The notes under the pieces: generated by a model
Told to the model about the DNA's origin: nothing
Seen by the model: only the letters and a program-made list of their open reading frames with translations
The model's database searches: none
Program-made: the position numbers and the translations under genes
Shown: piece after piece, positions 39,015-51,059 of the stretch
How positions within the stretch are numbered: the first letter of the stretch is position 1
How the letters are laid out: the number at the start of each line of letters is the position of its first letter
Source: Hydrolagus colliei
Taxonomy: Eukaryota
DNA: 64,000 nt
Assembly (NCBI GenBank): GCA_035084275.1
Contig: CM068757.1
Span: 6,510,001-6,574,000, forward strand
Direction of reading: 5' to 3'

Positions 39015-39655
39015 GGGGCCTATAGCATATTGAACAGAGCACTCGCCTCTCAAGCGAGCAGACCTGGGTCCGATTCCTGGGTTGGGTAAAACCTTAGGCA
39101 ACTTTCCTTACTCCATGCGCTTCTCTTTACCTAGCAATAACAACAACAAAATTAAATTTGTATAGCACCTTTCACATTGGGAGGACGTCCCAAGGCGCTG
39201 GACAGTCGAGTGTTTTATACCCAAGCTGGGGTCGGGTTCGGGGAAGGTGGAGAGAAGCGGGAGTGACTAATGGCACCATCGAAGAGGGGGCTATTGAGGC
39301 AGGACTTGAAGGAGGCTAGGGAGGGGGCAAGTCAGAGAGATTGCAGCATAGAATTCCAGAGGTTGGGGGCAGAGTGACTGAAGGCTCACCCGCCAATGGT
39401 GGGATGGGTGGGTCGGCGGACATGGAGAAGCCCGGAGGTTAGGAACCCAGTTGTTATTGAATTGGTGGATCGCTTTCTTGGGATAATAAACCCTCATTCC
39501 ATGACTGTTCTTGGCACATTGCTGTGCGCGATTGGCTACCGCATTTTTCCCACAAAATACACAATCACTCCACTTTACAGTGTATTTTTTGAAGCACTTT
39601 GAGACATTTTATCGACCTGATAAGGTGCAAGATCAAATGCAAGGATTATTATTAG
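39015..39655 (+). mobile_element. tRNA-headed SINE interrupted by an antisense L2 fragment
   Basis: The head tagcatattg..ggtccgattcctgggttgggtaaaaccttaggcaa..tttacctagca resumes at 39439 as ttaggaacccagttgtta..gatcgctttc. This is collinear with the uninterrupted copy at 40899..41262. Confidence 0.8.
39139..39438 (-). mobile_element. L2 LINE 3' fragment nested inside the SINE
   Basis: (aac)n tail, tatagcacctttcac..gtcccaaggcgct, gaattccagaggttggggg..ctgaaggctcacccgccaatggt: the reverse of the L2 motif seen at 50840-50900. Confidence 0.8.
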
Positions 39656-40898
39656 TTTTATTATATCCCTAGTGGGTGGCATGTAAAGGGGTGGAATTAC
39701 ACTGGTTAGTAATGTTTCGGAGCATGTGCTTGTTCTTTATAAGCGGATGACAATGCATGTAATTTTACTGATTGTGGAACTTCAGCCTTCAGTGGCAAAG
39801 ATTAGCAGATTTGACACAAACATGTGCACTCAAAAATTGTCCCATGCGGGGCAATAAATGGGAAACGCTACAATGCACCTCAGAGTGTAAAGATAGTTTG
39901 GTCCACCTGTTGTGTTTGCCTGAATTAAATCAAATGAGCTGAAAATAGACCTATTGAAACATATTGCTAAACAACTCTTGAATTCAAACCAAAAACAAGG
40001 AGTGTGGGCAAAGATTTGAATGTTCACATTACTGATAATGAACCTACAATTCTGTGTGTTACAAGCCAAATTAATGAAAACACTGGATAAAAAAAGAATC
40101 AATCATTCCACACATAGGTGTGAAAATAATATTCAGGCTCTAAACTAATTGAATTCGTGAATGTAAAGGTCGATTTTAACCTGCAATTTAATTCGTTCAT
40201 AAAACCACAAATCACAAAATAGCAGCCTGAACAATATTCCTATGGTGCCTCACAAAGCAAATTGTTTTAATAGGCAGCGAAGCCCAAATCACAGTGACTC
40301 ATCATTTACTCTGCGTGCTGAAAAGGAAACATTTAGAGTTGACATTGTTATCCGCTGCCTGTGTAAACCAAACCTGTTCTAATAGCCTCGGTTTTAGAAA
40401 GCATTAGCTGCAGCAATGGGTTCTCAGTGGAAAGGAAAAGCTTTGCTCAACACCATCTGCTCCTCCTGTGGCCATTGGTCCCATGGAGCCTCTTTCAGTT
40501 GAACCAGCTGGCAGCCTCTTGTCAGCAGTTAACGAGAGGCACATGTGCACCACAGAGACGTGGACAGGAGCAGCACCACCGCACCCCACCCACAAGGTGT
40601 TGGGCAGCACCATCACCGGCAGCGGAGTCGTCGGTCGCGAGGAGCCGACCGACATTGATGGCGCAGCCGTGTTAGTTCCGATTGGCCCGTTTCCCAGCCG
40701 TCTCAGTTCACGTCGCTCTGTCGTTTTCGGCAGACGAGACAGCCTCAGCGTGTCACAATTGCAAATTAATGGCACAACATGTGGCAAGGCAACTCCCCAT
40801 CGAAGGTGTTGGACTCCAAATCCGAGGCGTCTCAACACCTAAACCAGTGCTGGTGCATTTGCAAATGAAGCGGTCTTTCATGTCCATTAAGAAAAAAT

Positions 40899-41262
40899 GA
40901 TATTCGTCTTTGCATTTTATACAGGGTCTGATCATGTTGTCGTTGAGACATCCCAAAGCGCTTCACAGAATATACTGTCAAGTGAACTGCCGGTATATTT
41001 TGTGGGCAAAGTGCGGCAGCCAATTGCACAGAGTATTCGTGAACTGAGTGACCCAATTATTCTTATTATTTCTTTTAAAAGGGATTATTACCTCACGGAA
41101 AGCGATCTGCCAATCAACTAACAACAGGGTTCCGAATTACTGCTAGGTAAATGGAGGAGGGTGGAGTAAAAAAAACACTTGCCTGAAATTTCACCCGCCC
41201 AGGAATCAAACCCGGGTTGTCTTACTCACTTGTCCTCTCGCTAACCAATATGCTACGGAATG
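40899..41262 (-). mobile_element. Near full-length tRNA-headed SINE (longer variant)
   Basis: Minus strand has A-box-like tagcatattgg, B-box-like ggtttgattcc, a body, and the shared tail ctgtgaagcgctttgggatgtctc..aaatgcaaag. Confidence 0.8.
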
Positions 41263-42217
41263 CGCATTGCGAAAGTGCATTGTAGAAGCACAACAATGGG
41301 GATCAGCAAACCTAAGTGGGAGGGAAGGGAAATCAGCCTGGGGCATCCCATCCTAATTGCTACCCACTGACTCCTGCTGGGAAACGCAATTGTGGATATT
41401 AAGGGGGCAAAACGTGATCACATTGACTTCAAACTGCTATGGCTAGGATATTCTCAAACCGAAATGTGTTCACTGCAAACACTGACAGGTTAGAGTCAGT
41501 CACACAATGCATCGTGTTACCTCAGCTGTTAACAACTTCTGGCTCTTGTAACAGTGAGAAGAGGTCAAGAGTGGTAAATACAGTTGGAGTTGTGACAAGC
41601 ATTTTTTTGGGGGGTGTCTGATACAGGTTAAAACCCATCACCATGCTTAAGAGTGTCCTAAGCAGACACTGTTCCACATACATATGACACCTACACACCG
41701 AAATGTCCCAGCCTGAAATGGAATGTGACAATCATTGAGTTTCTTGTCTCTACGTAGCCCCCACCAAAGTCGTTTAAACAAGTAGCAGGAGTCCTGCCGC
41801 ACTGAATGCAGCACTCAATTTAAGTACAAGAAGTTGGCTGTTTAAAAAAGATAAAATGCAAACCTGTGCATTTCAAATCATCACTACTTTTATCACTACT
41901 GATGCTACAATATTCAGCAACCCTGACCAAGTCTCACCAACCCTATTTCATTGCTTCTAGCTAGAAGTGAAAGCTCTCGCACTAAAGAGAGCGGAACAAA
42001 GGTTCACCATTACAAGGGTATAGAATCAGGTTGTGCAGTTACCACAAAAGCAACTTATCAGAGCAGATACAAGCAGAGTTGGAGCTGAGGTCAAGGTGGT
42101 CGTAACACATATAGATGCTATTTGCTTGTATTACTTTGCATGGATCTATGCACAGGACATTATGAAGTATTTGTTTACATTCAATTGGAGTGCTCTCACG
42201 CTCCAGTCTGGAGTAAT

Positions 42218-42311
42218 GCACAGTCAATCCACTTTACAATATATTTTGTGAAGCACTTTGAGATATCCCAACGACACGATAAGGCACCATATGCAATGCA
42301 ATGATTATTAT
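42218..42311 (+). mobile_element. SINE 3' tail
   Basis: cagtcaatccactttacaatatattttgtgaagcactttgagatatcc..gataaggcaccatat. Confidence 0.8.
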
Positions 42312-42837
42312 AAGTAAGGAACCTCAATGCCAAATTACTTTCAGGATACAAACTGGAAGGGAGATAACTATATCTTGATTCTCTGCAGCTTCCTCCTTGG
42401 CGTGTGATTGCTGTAATCGTATAGTAACTATCTATAAAATCTGCAGTCAGTCGATGCCAACGCCAGATGTATTCAAGCCTCCACAGCTGCCACTTGGCAC
42501 ACGGTTTTAGTAATCATAAAATATCAGGCAACAATACAAAGAAATCTATTTCTCGGCCACTTTGTAATCAAGATCTGTATCCCATCCAAAGCTATTAATT
42601 GTGGTTCTAAATTTAAACATTCGATGAAACCAACTGCTGATTGAGAAGAACATTTAATTTCAAAGAAAAACCTCAAAGTTATCTAAAGAAATGCAGCACA
42701 ATCGCGCACTAAAGTCATTGATACAATAGCATTGTGGGTCAGCACACAGTACATGTTGGATCCTTATCATGCACCAAGCAAATAAACTTCAACAGTGTAG
42801 AACAGCTACAGTTGGTACATGGATCGGGCTCGGAAAA

Positions 42838-42950
42838 ATAATAATAACAATCCTTGCATTTGATATAGCGCCAATCACGTCGTTCGTTGAGACAAAATGC
42901 TTCACAGAATATAGTGTAAAGCGAATTGCCTGCATATTTTGTGGGCAAAA
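42838..42950 (-). mobile_element. SINE 3' tail
   Basis: aatccttgcatttgatatagcgcc..gcttcacagaatatagtgtaaagcgaattg. Confidence 0.82.
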
Positions 42951-43669
42951 CCGGGAAGCATTAATAAAACGAAGGGGAAAGCTTACGAACATGTGAAAAA
43001 ACAACTATTCAATTCAATTCCATAGTGTGACTGTGTTCTTAATAAAGTATGTGAAAAAAAATGTGGAGGCCACCCACAAAAGCCTTGGATGATCTTCAAA
43101 GTCAATGGCTGCTCTTTTGGATAAAATAACATTGACTTGTGAGCTTTGGATGGTCACGAGCACAATCTTTTAAGTTATCACAGAATTGTTAGGTCGGTGG
43201 CAGTGAGCATGCAACTAGAAATCTGCTTCCAACTGTTGCCAATTTCTCGCTAACCTATTTGTTTCGCACTATTCCACGTCAAAAAAAAATTCAATATTTT
43301 TCCAAAATTAGTGGCATTTTTCTTTTCACTTCAGACCTTCAACTTTGCTAGGATTCTCTTGACAACAGAATTATTACTCTTTCAATATCTTTGATGAATC
43401 CCAGGCCTTTAGCACACTACTTCACTGTGCCTTATTAATCAAGTTTGAAAAACATGGGCACCTTGATCACTCTTTTAGACTTAGTTTTCTTCATTCCTTG
43501 GCACACAAGTTTATGTTGTCTTACCTACCAGAGCATCTATTAATACTGCTGCTCATCCAAAGTGTGTGTTACTGTATATGGCTTTTCTATTTTACCTTTA
43601 TGATATTACCATGATGGTATTCTCAGTAAGATCAAACCCTGGTTCATATATCAGCTAGTCATTAACTGC

Positions 43670-43870
43670 CTGGTGTCCTGGCCAACAATTCTTCACTTGC
43701 TGACTGCCTGTGGGACTGACATTGCTGTGTACAAATTGTCTGCCATGTTTTCCAGCAAATGTACAGCCATTACATTCAACAAACATTTCCTGGTGAATAG
43801 CTTTGAGATATTGACTTTACTGGCGCCATATCAAATGCAAGCATTATTATTATCATCATCATTATAATAA
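43670..43870 (+). mobile_element. Deu-type SINE 3' half
   Basis: ggtgtcctggccaaca..tgtggga..ttgctgtgtacaaattgtctgcc..ggcgccatatcaaatgcaag(att)n. Confidence 0.7.
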
Positions 43871-46800
43871 TAAATCTGGCACTCTTTCATTTCCAATCTA
43901 TCCAGTAGCTTCTTTTCAAACCTGTGGATTCTTAATTTTGCATCACCGTGAATCTGGTCATGTCTGTTCCAGACAAATGTGGGCTAATATATTAAAATAA
44001 CCTTTTGACCTTCAAATGCACCCAGCAGTTGCCTTTCTCACAACCTCCATCTCCATCTAATCATAAGTGATGCACTAAGCAAATATTATTATCCTTCTGG
44101 CAATCTTTCACAAGCCAATTCATAATTTCTGTATTGTTAATTAGATTCACAGCTAGCTTGATGCCAATGCCTTCCAAAAACTTTAGAAATATGCTAATTA
44201 CTGACAAACCCAACCTGCATCTTGATTTGAGCTTTTACACTAATGGCCACTTTGGGATCATCCATTTCAAGGTACTGAGAGAACAGATCCATTTATAATT
44301 CAATACTCATTTCATTGCAGTAATGAAACCTATAAGAAAACTCATTGAAGTTTAAATTTAAGTTATTCAAATAAGTTCTGAGTCCTATTTTTCAACTACC
44401 TGTATTCCTGGGGGGTATCACAATCCTGCAAGCAATAGCTCTAACGAGAGGATTTGGAGTTTTCGTTCTCTGAGCCTGTTTCATGGATGCCTGTGAAAAT
44501 GTAACAGCAAGATTCTTTAAGAATCCTATTCGCATTATTTCTTTTTTTCTGGTTGTCCCAATTGCTGGATGCAGTTCCATAGATATCAACTGGCTTACAA
44601 GTCCAATTTGTCCATGAGTCCAATTTTCACGTGTGAGCCTAGACGGTGATTCAAAGCAAGGTAGTCAACTGGGAGACTTATCACAGCCCAAACTGGTCTA
44701 GCTGCTAACCCTACGATATGTTCCCATTGTTAAAGGTCACTGGCATTAGCGGAAAGAAAAGGATCACCCTGATCAATTATATCTCTACTCCTCGTTGTGC
44801 TCTCACCCACCTGTACCCATGTGAAAAAGTACTGGAAAAAGAAAATGAAACGCTCTCAGGAAACATACTGGGAAAAATGAAGAGTGGATAGATTGATCTG
44901 GCAGCACTTTCTGGCTGCCTCTCTCCACCAGAAATACTGCAAGATAAAAATTAGTTCACAAAAGTGCTTGCAGGGTCCACTTTAAAAACTGGGATTCCAT
45001 TCTCCCATATGAATCTCCTTTACCTTTACATGTCTTGAGGATAGGCTGGATTTCAGAGAGAAACAGTAGCCTCAAGAGTTGCGAAAAAGAAAGTCAGTGA
45101 GATGTTAAATAGAATCTACTGATTTATGCACAACTACCTCAAGTGTTCCACTTTCCACCCCCAAATTGGTCAACACTATAATAACTCCTCGGTTTTCCCC
45201 CCAGTAACTGTCACTTAACATTACCAAGGTTTCCTTCCTCTGTTGTTCACTGCCAGAGGTCCTCAATCAGTGCACAATTCAGATTAAGGCTCTTGCCACT
45301 TACATCAATTGTATTGTAATCTGTTCAATTGACTCCTTTCCTCCCTCTCTTTCTAAATGCACTGATTGCGAACGCTGGTTACGCCACTGTGAAAACTCTT
45401 TGCTATTTACTAGCAATCGTAATCATATGCATTTAATTATATATAAATTTTGCATTTCCTGCAACCCAGTTAATGTAATTTATTGCTGCCTATTGAATTG
45501 TAATCTGTATTCCTAAACAGCCGTTCCATCTCGGTTTTCCTGAAGGGTTGCCTTTAATCTGCTGCTTGTTCATGGCTGGATTCATGCTGCACAGAATTCT
45601 TCCCCCTGTTGACGTGCTCTGTGCTGAAAGTGAATACATAAATAAAAAACCACACAACAAACACAAGCTGGTACCTCCTACAATAGACAACAGGGGTTAT
45701 CACAGCAAGGAAACAGATAAAAGAGGCATGGGAGTGATCATAGCAGGAGCTTTGAACTGAGGCCTCGGGATTCATTAAATTAGATTAGAAACCCACATAG
45801 GGAATCTATAAACCACCCTACAACTACTTTCCAACATAATCGTATCGCCAGCTTGACTAAGGCTGAAGCTATTACCAAGGCAGCATGCTGCAATCATTTA
45901 TTTTAAATATGGTTAATCAGCATATACGTGACCATTTTTCTTTCACAGAGGTCCAGTTGGGCTTCTCTGGTAGTGTTTTGGGTAAAGGGATTCATCCTGT
46001 TACCCTGACATAGTCAAGTCTCGAGCAAGCCAGCAGAGGACTTCCCAAGTGACATTGTTATTCAAGCCTTGCACAGAGTGACCAAAAAGTCATGATAAAT
46101 ACCCTAGTTAAGGCTTATTGAACACTGTAATGGTATCATAGTGTTTTGGTCAACCTGTAAATGGAGACGGGAAAATTAATCTGGTAGTTTCCCCTCAAGT
46201 GAGATCATGTGGAATAGGACACCACAGCTAGACAAAACACAGCATCTCCTCGTTCATAATTCAGTGTTAATGGAATGTATTCTTGTTGAGCACCAAGTTC
46301 ATTATAATTTAAAGGTGCCAGGGTCAGTCCTGAAACCGGACTCCACCACAAATAACTTCAGCACGCAGAAGCTCCGTGAATACATGAACCAGCAATATAA
46401 ATGGGGCTTATCTTTCGTCTTTGCAACAAGTGAATTTTGTGTTCACTAGATGAACAATACAGGATACCGCAGTCCCGTAACCAGATCACAACTAACTGAA
46501 ATAATGGAATCTAACATTTAAATAGAAAACTTTTCATGTGATGTACCATTACAAGTTGCAACAAAAGGATGCCTATTTTTAGTCACCTGTTAACTTCTTG
46601 AGGTTCACTTTATTTTCAACCCTATTCCACGTGTGAAATGCCTCAAAACATTGAGTTTGGGGACTTACAGTGGAAGATTGATTTTATCGATGCAACCACT
46701 GATTATGAAAAGAACAAAGGCATTAAATGGAATTTAAAATAATTTCCACGTTTCCCGCAATAATTTTCTCTTGAAAATAATTGTTGCTCAAAGCGCACAT

Positions 46801-47719
46801 ACAAGAAAGGCTTCCTGTAAAATAAATCTCAAATGGTTTGCTTTCTTCGTCATCAAATTCTACTGAGAATATGTGGTGATCAACCGGCTAAAGAACTCAA
46901 TAGTGTAAAAGTCATCAATCTGTTCGTATCTGCGCTAAACTGCTTTCATCAAAGAACTTTTGACTTAACTTAACACCTGTTGTTCTGGACCAGGTGGACA
47001 TTGTGTCAGAGTGATACCAAATCTGACGCAAGATCAGAAGGTCAGATGTTCAAATCATGTCGAGGTCAAGATATTTATTCACGTCACAAACTGCAGGAGA
47101 CCGAATCAGCACCCTTAATTTGTCAGTTTCATGTTTTTGCAAAGCAGTGCAGTATTGCCCATGGCGTTAAAAAAACATACTTTATATCACAGCGTAGCAG
47201 ATCACAGCAGAGCAAAAACTAAGAAGCAGAAGCTATCTAAAATCCCTCTTCATGGTTAGAGCATCCATTATTCGGTTATTGAACTGGATGTTTTCTTAAA
47301 TGCAGAGATTTTCCACAGCCATATATGGCAGTATTAAGAGACCTCAACTTTCCCAGCAGGTGCAATAAACAGAAAGTATTGGGCCTAATGGACCACAGCA
47401 GTGAACCTATGCATCATTCAATCACGATTTGTCTCAATTTCACACTCCCACTAAAAGATCATCAGAACATTAGAATACAAACCTCTCATGTCCTCAGCAA
47501 TTAGTCATTTCCACACTACACATTTATTCATAAAACTGTCTGAGCATATTTCAATTTTCTCTCACTTCCGAATGAAGATCCCCAATACAAACCGTTGAAT
47601 TTCAATCAACAAGGTAGTTCCCTGAAGTTAAATATTGGAAGAAGAACTATAACCTGCTTAAAACTGGTTCTAATAATAGTATGAGATGTATCGTCACCTG
47701 TATCAAAAATATACACCCT

Positions 47720-47850
47720 GTCTGGGTTCTGATTGTGACTCGAACCCAGACTGAGAAGGTGAATGTCCTTTGTCTGCAGTTGAAATGAGTTTGTTGTAGT
47801 TTCAACCCAGTGACAACTCACTGCACAATATTGGTCTTCCAGTACTAAAG
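47720..47850 (+). mobile_element. Possible LF-SINE-related fragment
   Basis: tgaaatgagtttgttgtagtttcaacccagt resembles a segment of the LF-SINE consensus as I recall it, and is preceded by a B-box-like ctcgaaccc. Confidence 0.3.
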
Positions 47851-48087
47851 AGGATCTGGTGTGGGAAATGGAAAAGATTATTCTAGTAATGGAGCACTTG
47901 GCTGTTTGCGGTTGGGGCTAGGCTCTGCACCGACATGCATTTACCAGTTCTAACATCCTTCATCATGATGAACATAAAAATACATTTGAGGGGTGACAGC
48001 AGAAGTGCTATTTTACTGCTCACTGTATTCCAAGGTTCCCAATAGTATGTTAAGACACAACCAACTGAAACTATGCAACTGCATAGA

Positions 48088-48240
48088 ATAATAATAATAC
48101 TTCCATTTGATGTAGCGTCTTACCATGTCTTCGAGATATCTCAAAACACTTCACAGATATAGTGTGAAGTGAATTGACTGTATATTGTGTGCGCGAAACT
48201 CGGCAGCCAATTGCGCACAGCAGTGTCCCACAAACAGTCA
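48088..48240 (-). mobile_element. SINE 3' half
   Basis: cttcacagatatagtgtgaagtgaattgactgtatattg..cggcagccaattgcgcacagcagtgtcccacaaacag. Confidence 0.85.
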
Positions 48241-48984
48241 TAATGCTGTACAGAAATAATGTTCAGCTACTTAGGATGCAAGTTATCAAGGGATCATGGA
48301 TGGACAAACACGATAAAAATAAAAATTTGTCGAAGGCCTGTTATGGAAGGAACGACTGATAGGAAAGGGTAAATTGCATGGGACACTTTAAGTGTCTGTT
48401 TTTGTGGAGAAGCTGATATTTGGAGTATCAGTGCACCGCTTATTTAGAGCATGGCTGAAGCTGTCGACTTCCTGCCAGTTTTGCTCATAGATACACACTT
48501 TACAAAAGCCCTTTGGGTGCTTCGAAGCACACCACATCCACAGGAGAGGTCAAATTCCTCTGACCTCATCAACCGACTGCCAGGAGCTATGATAGACATT
48601 CCCAGAACTGGAAGGATGTAATCCCCTGGCTAGGAAGTACACCAAGTAAATTTAACAGACTTCAATCACCCCTTTAGAGGAGCAAAGTGCAAGTTAACTG
48701 CACCATTTAAACACACCTGATGTTCTGAGGGAGCAAGTGATTTTGTTTTTGTTTTACACACCATATATCAAGTAGCATACAAATGTCCCTTTCTTGTTAA
48801 GGAGACAGTAACAAACTGAATATAGCAGCCTTAGAGTGTAAATCTACAAGGGAAGGAGACAGGCTTATTAATCAGAACAATTTCAAAGAGAATATTTACA
48901 AGAAAACCTATGGACTACCTGCGTGTGTAACAAACACCAATTTGAGATAAAACAGTAAATCCCATGTTTTACCTACGAAATATG

Positions 48985-49080
48985 GAGTCAATTCATTTTA
49001 CAGTATATTCTGTGAAGAGCTTTGAGATTTCTCAAAGATGTGATAAGACACTGTATCAAATGCATGGATTATTATTATTG
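48985..49080 (+). mobile_element. SINE 3' tail
   Basis: gtcaattcattttacagtatattctgtgaagagctttgaga..tatcaaatgcatggattattattatt. Confidence 0.82.
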
Positions 49081-49439
49081 AGTTAGGAAATTATAAGATT
49101 GGGATCTTTTTTGCAATGTGAGCTTCAAGTATGTCTGCAATGGAATATTTCATTTATTCAAAAGTTATAAACACACACGCTGCTGAATAAAACATCTGTG
49201 TGACAATTACGTTCATCCGAATGCACAAGATCAGTTGTTTAAATTCTAGGGTACACTCAGAATTTGTTTAACCCCAACAAACATCCATTATTCACGTTAT
49301 TATTTAGTGTTGAAGTAGACCTGTCATTTAGATGTGCTATTTTGAGTATCTTGTTGAATGAAATAATTTTTTTTTTTACACAGTTTTCTCCACTCCTCTC
49401 CTGAAGGTAGTGGCTTGCCTTGGTGTTAGGCTCTACAGA

Positions 49440-49692
49440 TGTCAATGACACCCTGGTGCCAAGTGACTGCCATACCCACCCCAAATTCTTCCCCCACCTT
49501 CTGGAACTCCACCCCACAGTCTCTCCGTCTTGGGCCCTCCCTTGCCTTCTTCAAGGCCTGTCTCAAGACCCTCATCTTCAAATGGACCTACAGTCACCCT
49601 AACTTCCCCGCCCTCCTGATCTCAGCACCAGCTTGGGTGCAGTTCCCCGAGTGTCCAGGGCGCTATACAACTGTAATTTGTTGTTGTTGCTG
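49440..49692 (+). mobile_element. L2 LINE 3' fragment
   Basis: Translates to PTFWNS.PQSLR...SLAFFKACLKTLIF (L2 ORF2 end), followed by gggcgctatac(gtt)n. Confidence 0.75.
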
Positions 49693-50757
49693 TTCTGGAC
49701 ATAGCTAGAAGGCTGTTCAACTGTTATAACCATCATAACGAAGCCCAGTTTTGTCTTCATACAATCTCCTTGTGCCTGTTTTTCAGCTGGGTCAGTGGAA
49801 AGCAAAAAGCAGCTGAGCGCCAGTTGAGCATTCCCTTTCTTTCCTCAGCTGAGACTCACTGGTAGTCACCCACCCCAGATGAGATCAGCATACTCAACAC
49901 ATGGATTCAACCTGGGCTCCTCAATGATCTATTTGTTTCTGAACAGCACCAGACAGTGTATTTGAGGAATGGCGTCCTTAAAACAAGGCCGTAAATAACT
50001 AAAACAGACAACGATGCCATCCATCTATCCCTAGGCAAAATAATTCCACTGTGTACTGCGTGGTGCACAAGGTTTTTTTTTGTCACGACTCCATTTTACT
50101 TAGGCAGATGACTTACTTAGTTAACCCATTATTGTCAAACTGTTGCAAGTCTATAAATTACAACACAATCCCTGATGTCAAACAGCTTAGCCTGCAGAGC
50201 CAATAGGGATCAGGTTTATTTCAGGTTCCGTGGAGAATTGGTCTCTAATCAATACTCATAAGCATGGGAAACACAGTAAAACCCTTGTTCTGCTCAACGC
50301 CACATCAGGGGACAACAGCAGTGATAACCATTTCAATTAGGTCAATTCTTCTTTCAACAGCTGGTGTCCATCCACATGCACATGCCCACATCAATCCCTG
50401 GAAAAGCCAGGATTGATCAAATACAGTAGCCATCTACGGGATTATATCATGCAGTAAGAATTAGACCAGACAAAGTTAATCTCAGTTACTTCAGGTAAAT
50501 TTTAATTGCAAATCCATACAGTTCATCGATGGGAATCCTTTCTTAGTAAATGGGCTAGGAATCATCCCACCTCAAACTTCATTTCCTTGCTCACGTTTTA
50601 GCAACATTACTGTACAGTGTCCGGGACCCAGTGCACTGTGCATGCATTGTACACAGACCCAACTCGATAAACAAGGGTCAATTGATGTCTCCCTGGCACA
50701 ACCAGCAGTTTCGTTTTCTTCTGCTCTTTGGCTAACTGTTCTCTCAAAATGGTGACC

Positions 50758-51059
50758 TCTGACCTCCTCTCTCCTCAAAACAGCACCCATTGCCTTCGCT
50801 CCACCAGGTCTGGCCTCCTCCATGTCCCCCAAATCCTCCGCTCCACCATCGGCGGCCGTGCCTTCAGCCACTACCCCCAGAGGCTCTGGAACTCCCTTTC
50901 TCACTCCCTTCACCTCACCCCCTCTCTTCCTAGTTTCAGATCTCGGCCTTAGATTTTTTCACCTTTTTCCCCTCGGCCCTGGGATCCGTTATTGTGAAGC
51001 GCTCTGAGACGCCGTCTGGCATGGAGGGCGCTATATAAATCAAAGTTGTTGTTGTTGTT
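50758..51059 (+). mobile_element. L2 LINE 3' fragment (same family as 765..1295)
   Basis: LRSTRSGLLHVPQILRSTIGGRAFSHYPQRLWNSL, with tail tgtgaagcgctctgagacgccgtctggcatggagggcgctatataaatcaaa(gtt)n. Confidence 0.88.

Noticed and set aside
45978-45989. LGKG codons resembling BRSK2 exon 1
   Set aside because: Wrong strand, and the flanking residues do not match YRLEKT or QTG.
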